Positions 19,124-28,460 of a DNA stretch of 64,000 bases are shown piece by piece. Position numbers and translations under genes: made by a program. Positions within the stretch are counted from its first letter, which is position 1. Each line of letters starts with the position of its first letter. The DNA comes from Akkermansiaceae bacterium (GTDB lineage: Bacteria; Verrucomicrobiota; Verrucomicrobiia; Verrucomicrobiales; Akkermansiaceae). The stretch covers positions 8,711-72,710 of the forward strand of contig JANRFH010000016.1 in NCBI GenBank assembly GCA_030725745.1. Direction: 5' to 3'. The notes beneath the pieces are model-generated. The model worked only from the letters and a program-made list of their open reading frames with translations. It had not been told where the DNA came from and searched no databases.

Positions 19124-20571
19124 AAAATCCACTCTGCACCGGCTTCGAAAATCCTGTAGGCGTCAGCCGCCGTAGCTTCCTCAACTCCTTCGGCATGGGC
19201 CTCGGCGGTATCGCCCTCGGCAGCATGATGAATAAGGCTGGAGCCTCTAACGTTTCGCTGGGTGGCCAGCAAATGTTCCCCAACTTCGCGCCCAAGGCGA
19301 AACGTGTGATTTATTTGTTCCAGTCCGGCGCGCCTTCCCAGATGGATCTTTTCGATCACAAACCGCGCCTCAATGCCGAGCATGGACAGGAGCTTCCGGA
19401 ATCAGTTCGCGACGGTCAGCGCCTCACCGGTATGTCCACCAATCAGGCCAGCTTCCCGCTCGCCGGTTCGCCTTTCAAGTTTAAGCAGCACGGCGAGAGC
19501 GGAGCCACCCTCAGTGAACTCCTGCCTTACACCGCCGGCGTTGCCGACGAGTTGTGCTTTATCAAAACCATGTATACCGAGGCGATCAACCATGGCCCCG
19601 GTGTGACCATGATGCAGACCGGTTCTCAGTTTCCGGGTCGTCCTACCATCGGTGCGTGGGGATCTTACGGGCTTGGCTCGCTCAATGAAAATCTCCCCTC
19701 CTATGTGGTGCTCGTCACCAAGGAAGGCGGCGGCCAGCCCATCACCTCTCGTTACTGGGACAGTGGATTCCTCCCGGGAAAACATGACGGCGTGCTCTTC
19801 ACTCCCAGTAAGGATGCTGTTCTCTATCTAAATAGCCCGGAAGGCATCAGCAAAGGCAGCCGCCGCGAGGTGATTGATGCGCTGCAGAAGCTCCACGAAA
19901 TCCAACTCGCGAAGACTAGCGACCCCGCGCTCGAAACGCAGATCGCCCAATACGAAATGGCCTACCGCATGCAAAGCTCTGTGCCGGATGTCACCGACTT
20001 CAGTGATGAATCCGAATCCACGCTCAAGCTCTACGGCGACGACGTCCGAACGCCCGGAACCTATGCCTACAACTGCCTCATGGCCCGCCGCCTCGCGGAA
20101 AAGGGAGTGCGCCATATCCAACTCTTCCACCGTGACTGGGACGCCCACGCCGGCTTGCCCAAGGCTATACAAGGTCAGTGTAAACTTACCGACCAACCGT
20201 CAGCCGCGCTGGTTAAGGATCTAAAAATGCGCGGACTGCTGGAAGATACGCTTGTCATCTGGGGTGGTGAATTCGGCCGCACGAATTACTGTCAGGGAAA
20301 AATGACCAAGGACGACTTCGGTCGCGATCACCATCCGCGCTGCTTTACCCAATGGATGGCTGGCGGTGGCGTGAAGCCCGGATACACCCACGGCAGCACC
20401 GATGAGTATGGCTACAGCATCGAGAAAGACCCGGTTCACGTCCACGACTTCCACGCAACGCTGCAACACCTGCTAGGTGTTGATCACGAGAAACTCACGT
20501 TCAAGTATCAAGGCCGCCACTTCCGCCTCACCGATGTGCACGGCAAGGTGGTTAAGCAGATCTTGGCCTAG
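19120..20571 (+). CDS. DUF1501 (sulfatase/alkaline-phosphatase-like) protein with a Tat signal
   Basis: The Tat-like N-terminus is SRRSFLNSFGMGLGGIALGS. An ATGA overlap joins it to the preceding DUF1553 gene, which is the classical PVC gene pair. Confidence 0.85.
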   Translation: MKNPLCTGFENPVGVSRRSFLNSFGMGLGGIALGSMMNKAGASNVSLGGQQMFPNFAPKAKRVIYLFQSGAPSQMDLFDHKPRLNAEHGQELPESVRDGQRLTGMSTNQASFPLAGSPFKFKQHGESGATLSELLPYTAGVADELCFIKTMYTEAINHGPGVTMMQTGSQFPGRPTIGAWGSYGLGSLNENLPSYVVLVTKEGGGQPITSRYWDSGFLPGKHDGVLFTPSKDAVLYLNSPEGISKGSRREVIDALQKLHEIQLAKTSDPALETQIAQYEMAYRMQSSVPDVTDFSDESESTLKLYGDDVRTPGTYAYNCLMARRLAEKGVRHIQLFHRDWDAHAGLPKAIQGQCKLTDQPSAALVKDLKMRGLLEDTLVIWGGEFGRTNYCQGKMTKDDFGRDHHPRCFTQWMAGGGVKPGYTHGSTDEYGYSIEKDPVHVHDFHATLQHLLGVDHEKLTFKYQGRHFRLTDVHGKVVKQILA

Positions 20572-20577
20572 AAATGA

Positions 20578-21597
20578 TCAGATTTGTGCGTGGATCTTGG
20601 TGACCTTCGAAGGGTCTGCTGACCACCCGGCGAGGGCGGTGCCGGCTTCGGAGAATGGCACGCAGCTGGTGAGGGTTTCCTTCACTGGGTAGCGGCCGGA
20701 CTCGAGCACTTGGATGACATCTGCGAAATTTTTCAAGGTCGCGTTTCTCGATCCCCTAATATCGAGCTCCTTCATGACGAAGTATTTCGTCTCGTAACTG
20801 ACAGGTTCCTTGGCATAGCCGATGTAAACGACCCGTCCAGCGAAACACACCTCGTCCACTGCAGAGCGGAAGGTGGCTGGTAGGCCGACGGCTTCGATGA
20901 CGACGTTCGGGCCGTCGCCGTTGGTGAGTTCTTGGAGCCTCTGGTGGAGGTCTTCGGTCATCGAGTTGATCGTTTCCGAGGCACCGGCTTTTTTTGCGAG
21001 AGTCAGTTTCACATCATCTACATCCACGGCGATGACGCGTGCTCCGGCGAGCAGGGCTGCGCCGCTGATGGCTCCGAGGCCGATCATGCCGCAGCCGAAG
21101 ACGAGCACTGTATCATCACTCGTGACATGGCCACGCTCGACGGCGTGAAACCCGACGCTGAGTGGCTCGACGAGAGTGTGCTCGGAGATATCGAGCTTAT
21201 CCGAGCGGACGAGTTTTTCCCACGGTGTGGTGATGTATTCGGTGAAGGCACCTTCGCGCTGCACGCCGAGCGTCTGGTTGTTGCGGCAGGCGTTCACGCG
21301 GCCGCTGCGGCAGGATGAGCATTTTCCGCAGGTGGTGTAGGGCAGGACAGTGGTGATCATGCCGGGCTTGAACTCTGCAGGCACGCCTTCGGTGACTTCG
21401 GCAATCACTGCGCCGATTTCATGACCCGGGATGCGCGGGTAGGTGACAAGCGGGTTGCCGCCGCGGAAGGTGTTTAGATCCGTGCCGCAGAAACCGATGC
21501 GCTTTACTTCAAGCAGCACTTCCCCGGGGGTGGGCACGGGTTTGTCGATTTCGGTATACGCGGTTTTTCCGGCTTCGGTAATGACGAGGGCTTTCAT
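20578..21597 (-). CDS. Zn-dependent MDR alcohol dehydrogenase, candidate L-galactonate 5-dehydrogenase
   Basis: [10 protein letters not shown]...[11 protein letters not shown] and the structural-Zn Cys cluster [15 protein letters not shown] are present in a 339-aa ORF. It is the last gene of the AKR-uxaA-uxaB operon. Confidence 0.7.
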   Translation of the reverse strand: MKALVITEAGKTAYTEIDKPVPTPGEVLLEVKRIGFCGTDLNTFRGGNPLVTYPRIPGHEIGAVIAEVTEGVPAEFKPGMITTVLPYTTCGKCSSCRSGRVNACRNNQTLGVQREGAFTEYITTPWEKLVRSDKLDISEHTLVEPLSVGFHAVERGHVTSDDTVLVFGCGMIGLGAISGAALLAGARVIAVDVDDVKLTLAKKAGASETINSMTEDLHQRLQELTNGDGPNVVIEAVGLPATFRSAVDEVCFAGRVVYIGYAKEPVSYETKYFVMKELDIRGSRNATLKNFADVIQVLESGRYPVKETLTSCVPFSEAGTALAGWSADPSKVTKIHAQI

Positions 21598-21620
21598 GAT
21601 TTTTAAATTGGAGATGGTCT

Positions 21621-22715
21621 TCAGGCGAAGAGGGAGGAGAGGATTTTTGGATCGCTGCCAAAGATGCGGCGGTAATCTTTCAGGCTCGGGGCGAGGCGGG
21701 TTTGCATCTTGGTCTCGTGATGCAATGCGATCGCGCTGAGTTGGTGGTCGAGAAACGGATTGAGGAAACGATCGATCGTTGTGCGGGCGAAATCGGAAGG
21801 TTTCTCGACGCGGCCTGCTAGCACGGGGACGATTTCATCGAAAAGCAATTCTTCCAGCCAAGCCCGGATTTCAGGGTGCTCGACGCATTCGCGGGGAGTT
21901 TTTAGCCCCATTGGCATGGCGTGTGCAACCAGCGCGGTGTGCGCGCCATTGAGTATGCGGACTTTGCGGAGATAGTAGGGTGTGATGTCCTGTGTGATGA
22001 CCACGGCAGGGTGCTCTAACAAAAATGGTCGGTCGGTTTCGATGGCCCAGAAGGCAAAGGGCTCAGCTCCTAACAGCAGGGGATCCGTTTCCAAGAGCGG
22101 ATGTTCCGGAGGTCTTCCCGGCACGATGCGATCCACGAGGTTGTTGACCCACTGGCATTCGGTTTTCAGCCATTCGGTAGCTTCCGGAGAGACTTTCCAG
22201 CGAAGCGCTTGATCGAGCACGAGTTGCAGGAGGCGCTTGCCGTTGTTTTCGATGAGCTCGCAGGGGATGATGGAAATTCCCGGGAGTCCGGCACTGTGGC
22301 GGGCTAATAGGACATCGAGAAGTTTTGCCGGAAACGAATGCGGCGTGCCGTCTCGCTGTTCGTCAGCGTCGTCGAGAGCGAAGCCGGCCTCGGTGGTGTT
22401 GGAAACGACCCACTGCAGATCGGGCGAGCAGCCGACAGCGCGGATTTCCACCCATTCGGTAGCGGCGTAGAGGGCACGCGTGATGGAGTCTACTTTTTCG
22501 ACTTCATCGACGACGCTTCCGTCACTGAAGCCTTGGATGGCGACATGATAATTTCCTCCCGCAGCGTTCAGTGCATCCGCACGTTCACGACCGGTGGATT
22601 GCACAACGACCACGCCGCCCATAGGTTTTTCCGAGCGGTTCGCTTGAGCTACGAAGAAATCGACGAAAGCCCTGAGGAAATTTCCGGCACCGAATTGTAA
22701 GATGGTTTCTTTCAT
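21621..22715 (-). CDS. uxaB: Mannitol-dehydrogenase-family tagaturonate reductase (short UxaB-like)
   Basis: [39 protein letters not shown] and [10 protein letters not shown] parallel E. coli UxaB. The start is trimmed to MKETILQ (ATG complement at 22713-22715). The protein lacks roughly the last 100 aa of E. coli UxaB. Confidence 0.75.
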   Translation of the reverse strand: MKETILQFGAGNFLRAFVDFFVAQANRSEKPMGGVVVVQSTGRERADALNAAGGNYHVAIQGFSDGSVVDEVEKVDSITRALYAATEWVEIRAVGCSPDLQWVVSNTTEAGFALDDADEQRDGTPHSFPAKLLDVLLARHSAGLPGISIIPCELIENNGKRLLQLVLDQALRWKVSPEATEWLKTECQWVNNLVDRIVPGRPPEHPLLETDPLLLGAEPFAFWAIETDRPFLLEHPAVVITQDITPYYLRKVRILNGAHTALVAHAMPMGLKTPRECVEHPEIRAWLEELLFDEIVPVLAGRVEKPSDFARTTIDRFLNPFLDHQLSAIALHHETKMQTRLAPSLKDYRRIFGSDPKILSSLFA

Positions 22716-22719
22716 AATA

Positions 22720-24213
22720 TTAGAGAGTGACGCCTTGTTTCCAGATGGTGATTTCGCGGAAGCAGTTGATCTCGTTGCGGGCGGGTTCGCCGCTGGCGAC
22801 TGCGAGGACTTTTTCCATGAGGGCGGATGTTGTGGACTCTGTGTCGTTTCCTGATTCCAACAGGACGCCTGCGTTGAAATCGATCCAGCCGGGCTTGCGT
22901 TCTGCGAGTGAGGAATTCGAAGCAATCTTCATCGTGGGGACTGGAACTCCGAGTGGTGTGCCGCGTCCGGTTGTGAAGAGGATGCAGTGCACGCCTGCTG
23001 CTGCGAGTGCGGTGCAAGAAACGCCATCGTTGCCAGGTGCTTCGATAAGACAGAGTCCACCGAGTGCGGGTTTTGCCGTTCCTCCGTATGGCTCGATTTG
23101 TTTTACCGCTGCGCGACCACCCTTTTGGATGCAGCCGAGCGATTTCTCCTCAAGGGTGGTGATTCCGCCGTCCTTGTTACCAGGAGATGGGTTTTCATAA
23201 ATCGGCTCGTCGTGGCGGCGGAAGTAGTCCTTGAAATTATTTACCATAGCCACTGCACCGTCGAAAGTCTCTTGGCTGTCGCAGCGTGAGAAGAGCGGAG
23301 CCTCGGCGCCGAACATCTCGGGAACTTCGGTGAGCACTGCCGTGCCGCCCCAGTTTGTCAGGCGCTCGGCCACCCGGCCGACCAGCGGATTTGCGGTGAT
23401 GCCGCTGAATCCATCGCTGCCGCCGCATTTCATACCGAGCACGAGTTCGGATGCTGGGATGGGCTCGCGTTTGAAGTCGGCCGCATATGTCACGAGTTCG
23501 CGAACCATTTCTAGGCCGTGTTCGATCTCGTCGCCGACTTGCTGTGCATTGAAAAATTTGACCCGGTTCGAGTCTAGGGCACCGACCTCCTCGAGGAATG
23601 ACTTGAGGGTGTTGTTCTCGCAGCCGAGACCGATGATGAGGACGCCGGCGGCATTCGGATGGCGAACCAGTGCACTGAGAACCTTACGGGTGAGACCGAG
23701 GTCGTCTCCGAGCTGGGAGCAGCCATAGGGGTGGGTGAAGGCGTGGATGCCATCGATACCGCATACTTCCGGATTGAACTCACGCTGTGCTCTAAAAGCG
23801 ATCTGCTGGCTTGCTACGTTGACGCATGCCACGGTGTTGATGACCCAGATCTCGTTGCGAGTGGCAGCTCGTCCGTCGGGGCGACGGTAGCCCATGAAAG
23901 TGGGGACGCTCCCTGTTTGCTCGGGGCTTTCAGAAGCGGGTGGCGTCCACGTGAGTTCGGTGTCGCTACCAAGACCTGTGGCCATATTGTGCGCGTGGAT
24001 GTGTGCTCCCGGCGGGATGTCCGCCGTTGCCACGCCGATGGGGAATCCATATTTGACGATTTTTTCTCCGACCGTGATTCCGGTGAGCGCTGCCTTGTGG
24101 CCCATCGGTATTTCCTCAAAGACTTGGCCGGAATCTTCAGTGCCGGAGGGAACGTCGCGGATGGCGACAGCTACGTTGTCGTCCGGATGAATTTGAATGA
24201 AAGGGGAACTCAT
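22720..24213 (-). CDS. uxaA: Altronate dehydratase (UxaA family, SAF + dehydratase domains)
   Basis: The N-terminal SAF domain block is IQIHPDDNVAVAIRDV. At 497 aa, the length and layout are typical of UxaA/GarD-type dehydratases. Confidence 0.85.
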   Translation of the reverse strand: MSSPFIQIHPDDNVAVAIRDVPSGTEDSGQVFEEIPMGHKAALTGITVGEKIVKYGFPIGVATADIPPGAHIHAHNMATGLGSDTELTWTPPASESPEQTGSVPTFMGYRRPDGRAATRNEIWVINTVACVNVASQQIAFRAQREFNPEVCGIDGIHAFTHPYGCSQLGDDLGLTRKVLSALVRHPNAAGVLIIGLGCENNTLKSFLEEVGALDSNRVKFFNAQQVGDEIEHGLEMVRELVTYAADFKREPIPASELVLGMKCGGSDGFSGITANPLVGRVAERLTNWGGTAVLTEVPEMFGAEAPLFSRCDSQETFDGAVAMVNNFKDYFRRHDEPIYENPSPGNKDGGITTLEEKSLGCIQKGGRAAVKQIEPYGGTAKPALGGLCLIEAPGNDGVSCTALAAAGVHCILFTTGRGTPLGVPVPTMKIASNSSLAERKPGWIDFNAGVLLESGNDTESTTSALMEKVLAVASGEPARNEINCFREITIWKQGVTL

Positions 24214-24244
24214 GGGGATAGGTTTTTTGTTGAGAAAAGAGGCT

Positions 24245-25204
24245 TCAAGCTAGCAGCGGGTCGTGGTGTTCTGGCAGACCTCGGGTAAAGTTGTGGTTGT
24301 GGATCGGTTCGAGGATTTCCAAGACCTCGGCGAGTAGCGTTTCGTCCAGCGGCTCATTCGCATAGTCGATATTGTCGCGGATGTTCTTGGGATTTGCCGT
24401 GCCGACGAGGGTGGTGGCGATGTCGGGATTTGCGCAGCAGAACTGGACGGCGAGTTTGACGATATCCACGCCGCGGGACTCGCAGTGTTGTACGGCCTTG
24501 CTGCAGCCCTCTTGGATAGCCTTGGAGGAAGGATGCCAGTCCGGTGCGCCTCGGGAAGTCAGCAATCCCATGCCGGTGGGCGAGGCGTTGATGATGCCGA
24601 CGCCGTGTTCCTTGAAATACGGGATGAGATCCTCCAGCGAGGTGTCATTGAGTTCGTAGTGGCAGAATGAAAGGATCGTTTCCACAATGCCGGGCGCAAC
24701 GCGATCGATGATCGAGGGAAACACGTTCAGAGGCAGGCCGGTGATTCCGACATGGCGGACGAGTCCCTGTTCCTTGAGACGGTGCAGGGTGGGGAGGGTT
24801 TCATTGACGATCTGGTCGTGGTCCGCGAACTCGATGTCGTGGCACTGAATGAGATCGATGCAGTCGACGCCGAGGCGCTTTAGGCTGTGCTCCACGCTGC
24901 GCTCAGTGCTGGCACGCGAGAAGTCGTAGTCGCCGCGTTCCTCGCTGTAGCTGCCAATCTTGGTAGCGAGGATGTAACGATCCCGCTGGATGCCTTCCAA
25001 TGCGCGACCGAGGTTGAGTTCAGCAAGCGTTTCGCCGTAAGATGGCGAGACGTCGATTAGATTGATACCGCCGTCGAGAGCTGCGTGAACGGTTTCGATA
25101 CATTGGTCTACGGAGACCGGGCGAAACACCGCGCCCAGTGATGAGGCGCCAAAGCTGAGGGCGGAAACGGTGAGGCCAGTATTGCCAAGTGGGCGGTAGT
25201 CCAT
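24245..25204 (-). CDS. Aldo/keto reductase, candidate L-galactose (or L-fucose) 1-dehydrogenase
   Basis: The 319-aa AKR has LGNTGLTVSALSFGASSLG, CHDIEF, GITGLPL and SFCHYEL. By recollection these blocks and the length match the plant-type L-galactose dehydrogenase AKR subfamily. Confidence 0.65.
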   Translation of the reverse strand: MDYRPLGNTGLTVSALSFGASSLGAVFRPVSVDQCIETVHAALDGGINLIDVSPSYGETLAELNLGRALEGIQRDRYILATKIGSYSEERGDYDFSRASTERSVEHSLKRLGVDCIDLIQCHDIEFADHDQIVNETLPTLHRLKEQGLVRHVGITGLPLNVFPSIIDRVAPGIVETILSFCHYELNDTSLEDLIPYFKEHGVGIINASPTGMGLLTSRGAPDWHPSSKAIQEGCSKAVQHCESRGVDIVKLAVQFCCANPDIATTLVGTANPKNIRDNIDYANEPLDETLLAEVLEILEPIHNHNFTRGLPEHHDPLLA

Positions 25205-25349
25205 GGTGGTTGGGATTGTTTTTTCGATATCCGGACTTTGGCCGGAAGTGAGGACAATATCGCAGGAATGTGCAGCCTTGGGAATGGATGATGTTGCCTC
25301 AAAGATGAAGATAATTGACTTCCTTATTCCGGTGAGATATTGTCTTTTT

Positions 25350-26216
25350 ATGAGTGAAATCGGGGATCCTGCATATTTCTCCGCGCAAATCTCTCAGGCA
25401 AAGAGGTTTCATCTTGATCTGAATCCTCAGCGGGATTCGGCGCTAACAGTGGTTTCCGGGGGATTGGAAAATTGCTCGCCGGAATATCAGGTCGAGCGCA
25501 GCGGATTTCCTTTTTTCGGACTCGAATTCGTGGCGCAGGGGCGGGGTGAGGTGAAATTCGGTGAGGATACCGTAGGAATCCAGGCGGGCTCGCTTTTTAG
25601 CTACGGGCCGGACACGAGGCATGCCATACGCAACGATCCGGGCGATCCTATGGTGAAGTATTTTGTAGATTTTACCGGCTTGAGGGCGGGGGATTTGTTG
25701 AAAACTCTTGGCCCAGCTCCCGGGACAGTGGTGCAGACTTCGACGCCGGGCGAAGTGCTGGCAGTGTTTGAGGATTTGATCCGCAATGGTATGGAATACA
25801 CGCCGTTTGGTGGTCGCATCGCGATAGTGATGCTTGAACTTCTCTTGCTTCGCATCGCTGAGTCATCGATTCCTAACGAGTCGGCTGGGTCTCCAGCCTT
25901 TGGAACCTACCGCCGGTGTCGCCAGTATATTCAGGAGCATTGGCAGGAATTACGCTCGCTGGGGGAGGTCGCTACCGCTTGTCATGTAGATCCTGCCTAT
26001 TTGTGCCGATTGTTTAAGAAATTCGACCGACAGAGTCCCTATCAGATGTTGCTGCGGCTGAAGGTGAACCATGGAGCCGTGATGCTACAGGCGGGGCTGA
26101 GCGTCGCGCGGGTTTCGGAAGAATTGCTTTTTGCCGACCCCTTCCATTTCTCCCGAACCTTCAAGAGTCTGATGGGGATCGCTCCGTCTCATTTTGCGCG
26201 GCTTCAGGATCGATAA
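25350..26216 (+). CDS. AraC-family transcriptional regulator (cupin sensor + HTH)
   Basis: The C-terminal AraC HTH is YLCRLFKKFDRQSPYQMLLRLKVNHG...FADPFHFSRTFK. The start is trimmed to the ATG at 25350 (MSEIGDPAYF). Confidence 0.85.
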   Translation: MSEIGDPAYFSAQISQAKRFHLDLNPQRDSALTVVSGGLENCSPEYQVERSGFPFFGLEFVAQGRGEVKFGEDTVGIQAGSLFSYGPDTRHAIRNDPGDPMVKYFVDFTGLRAGDLLKTLGPAPGTVVQTSTPGEVLAVFEDLIRNGMEYTPFGGRIAIVMLELLLLRIAESSIPNESAGSPAFGTYRRCRQYIQEHWQELRSLGEVATACHVDPAYLCRLFKKFDRQSPYQMLLRLKVNHGAVMLQAGLSVARVSEELLFADPFHFSRTFKSLMGIAPSHFARLQDR

Positions 26217-26287
26217 TGGCTGTCTGTTTTAGCTGCAAATAGTGGCGGGTTCATATTCCTGTTAAGAGGAAATCGAAAACACTTGCC

Positions 26288-27628
26288 ATGAACTGGATAT
26301 TGTCGACAATCCCGGCGAAGCCAAATATTCCCATGCTAGTTCCATGTCCCCATTGCAAAACCGACCTTGATGCCTCGCCGGATCACTACGGTCAGACCGT
26401 CCAGTGCCCCGCTTGTAACGGTCGTCTACAGATCCCAGCCGCAGCAGACGAGCCATCAACAACCGATCCCTCCGGCACCCCGCGCCCAGAACGCTCCGGC
26501 TGGGAGGAAACTGATCACGCCAACGTCGATTTCGGAAAAAGCCTCCTCATCGGCGGTGCCATCACTGTCGTTTTCCTCGTGGCGCTCATTCCCTTCAAGG
26601 ACAGCTTTGGGGCTATTTTCATTGATCGCGGATGGGTCAACTGGGCGGAAACTTTCCTTTTCATCTGGGGCATGACCATCCTCTTCATGAAACTGAAGAA
26701 AAACCAACATCAGGAACGCGCCACTCTCCTTGAGCTTTTCCCCGCTCGTATCGGGAAGGAGATTCACCGCGAAAACGTCGGTGAGTTCATCGACAACGTC
26801 TACCGCACCCCACTCACCCTGCGAGACAGCCTATTCGTCAACCGCATACGTAAAGCCCTCGAACTCTTCGAAAAACGCGGCGACAATACCGAGGTCGCGT
26901 CCTTCCTTTCCACCCAGTCAGACATCGATGCTAACCGCTCCACTGGCTCCTACTCGCTCCTGAAAGTCTTCCTCTGGGCCATCCCCATCCTCGGCTTCAT
27001 CGGCACGGTCATGGGACTCTCCACCGCCGTCGGCTCGCTCGCCATGGGTGACAATGCCGACCCGGAAGCACTGAAACAATCCATCAACAGCCTCACCGGC
27101 GGCCTCGGCGTCGCTTTCGACACTACCTTGCTCGGCCTCATCCTCTCCATGCTGATGAGCTTCCCGATGGCTGCTGTGCAGAAAAAGGAAGACGAGACGC
27201 TCACCCTCATCGATGCTTTCACCACCGAGAAACTCCTACCCAAGCTCAACGATAGCCGCAACCCGGTCTCCGACAGCCTCTTGCAGCAGGCCGATAGCAT
27301 TCCTCAGCTTGTCGCCTCACTCGCCCGAGCCCACGAGACATTCCTCGTGAACCTCAACGAATCCACCATCCAGCTCAAGGAAAGCGGGAAGTCCATGGAA
27401 GATCGGCTCAACAGGCATCAGGAAGTCGTGCAAACCAACTTCACCAACGCCGTGGAAAAACTAACCGATACCAGCGGCGAAGTCTTCATCAAATCCCACA
27501 TCGAGCTGGCTAAGACCTTCGACAAGATCGCCAACGGCATCGACCTCATCAACCACGCCCTCCGCGATCTCGGCCAGAACAAGATCCCGGACAGCGCGAA
27601 GAGGAAGAAAGGCTTCTTCAGTAGATAA
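26288..27628 (+). CDS. MotA/TolQ/ExbB-family proton channel with an N-terminal zinc ribbon and a C-terminal helical tail
   Basis: The zinc ribbon is CPHCKT...CPACNG. There are four hydrophobic segments and the channel signature IPILGFIGTVMGL...GGLGVAFDTTLLGLILSM. A helical C-terminal extension of about 130 aa follows. An alternative start at 26333 (MLVPCPHC) is possible. Confidence 0.75.
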   Translation: MNWILSTIPAKPNIPMLVPCPHCKTDLDASPDHYGQTVQCPACNGRLQIPAAADEPSTTDPSGTPRPERSGWEETDHANVDFGKSLLIGGAITVVFLVALIPFKDSFGAIFIDRGWVNWAETFLFIWGMTILFMKLKKNQHQERATLLELFPARIGKEIHRENVGEFIDNVYRTPLTLRDSLFVNRIRKALELFEKRGDNTEVASFLSTQSDIDANRSTGSYSLLKVFLWAIPILGFIGTVMGLSTAVGSLAMGDNADPEALKQSINSLTGGLGVAFDTTLLGLILSMLMSFPMAAVQKKEDETLTLIDAFTTEKLLPKLNDSRNPVSDSLLQQADSIPQLVASLARAHETFLVNLNESTIQLKESGKSMEDRLNRHQEVVQTNFTNAVEKLTDTSGEVFIKSHIELAKTFDKIANGIDLINHALRDLGQNKIPDSAKRKKGFFSR

Positions 27629-27643
27629 CCTCCTTTTCGACCC

Positions 27644-28456
27644 ATGCCCAAGCGCAGAACCAGTAATGACGAGGGAGTTTCCCTCTTCTCGTTCATGAGT
27701 ATCCTGGCATGCCTCATTGGCATCCTCACGCTCATGATCAGCGTGACGATGCAAGTCAATCAGATGAACCAGGAAGGCAAGACCGAGGAGGAACTCGCGC
27801 GCGCCATCGAAAACCGCGATACCAAGAAAAAAACCGAGGCCACGAAGAAGGAAGTCGCAAAACTCGAAGAAAAGCTACAGAAGGAAAAATCCACCTCCGC
27901 CGAGATGGCCAAGCTCGAAGACCGGACAATCGTTCTCCGTTCGAAACTCGACGAAATCCAAAAAGCAACCGATCCGAACGAGACCGACGCTTCCCTGCAA
28001 AAAATCGTTGAGAACCTGAAGCAGGAAATCACCCGGCTGAAAGGGGAGCGCCCGCCGTTGCAGAATCGACTCTCCGAGCTTCAGGAAGAACTTAAGAAAC
28101 GTAAGGAGCCCCCTAAGGCCGTCGAGTCAGTGATCATCCGCCCCGGCGGGGTGGGCTCGCGCCATGCTCGCAACCTCTTCTTCGTCGAGTGCAACTCGAC
28201 AGGTATCGTGATCATCGATGAGAACGGTCAGTCAAAACCCGTTTCCAAAGCTGCCATCCCGACCAACGAGGATTTCAGTTCGCTGCTCGAAAAAGTGAAG
28301 AGCACGGATGATTCGATGGTTCTTTTCCTGATCCGCAAGTCCGGCAACGAAGCCTATCTGTGGGCCGCCGGCATTGCCGAAACAAAATACGAGATCAGCA
28401 CCGGTAAACTGCCGATCCCCAACGAGGGCAAAATCGATCTCTCCCTTTTCAATTAG
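27644..28456 (+). CDS. Single-pass membrane protein, ExbD/TolR-like anchor + coiled coil + ExbD-like C-terminal domain
   Basis: The N-terminal anchor is GVSLFSFMSILACLIGILTLMISV. An E/K-rich heptad region of about 110 aa follows, then a globular end (NLFFVECNSTGIVIIDENG...MVLFLIRKSG). The gene starts 15 bp after the MotA-like gene. Confidence 0.6.
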   Translation: MPKRRTSNDEGVSLFSFMSILACLIGILTLMISVTMQVNQMNQEGKTEEELARAIENRDTKKKTEATKKEVAKLEEKLQKEKSTSAEMAKLEDRTIVLRSKLDEIQKATDPNETDASLQKIVENLKQEITRLKGERPPLQNRLSELQEELKKRKEPPKAVESVIIRPGGVGSRHARNLFFVECNSTGIVIIDENGQSKPVSKAAIPTNEDFSSLLEKVKSTDDSMVLFLIRKSGNEAYLWAAGIAETKYEISTGKLPIPNEGKIDLSLFN

Positions 28457-28460
28457 ACCC

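Noticed and set aside
21621-22925. Long N-terminal extensions offered by the ORF track for several genes. The track coordinates are 21621-22925, 44503-45717, 45593-47473, 59197-59856, 61052-61822, 25203-26216, 36888-37871, 37859-38272, 40515-41354, 3768-4955 and 28374-29570.
   Set aside because: The extra residues are Ser/Pro/Arg-rich or overlap the neighbouring gene. Conserved family N-termini begin at internal ATG or GTG codons that give compact or ATGA-coupled junctions. Starts were trimmed accordingly and remain predictions.
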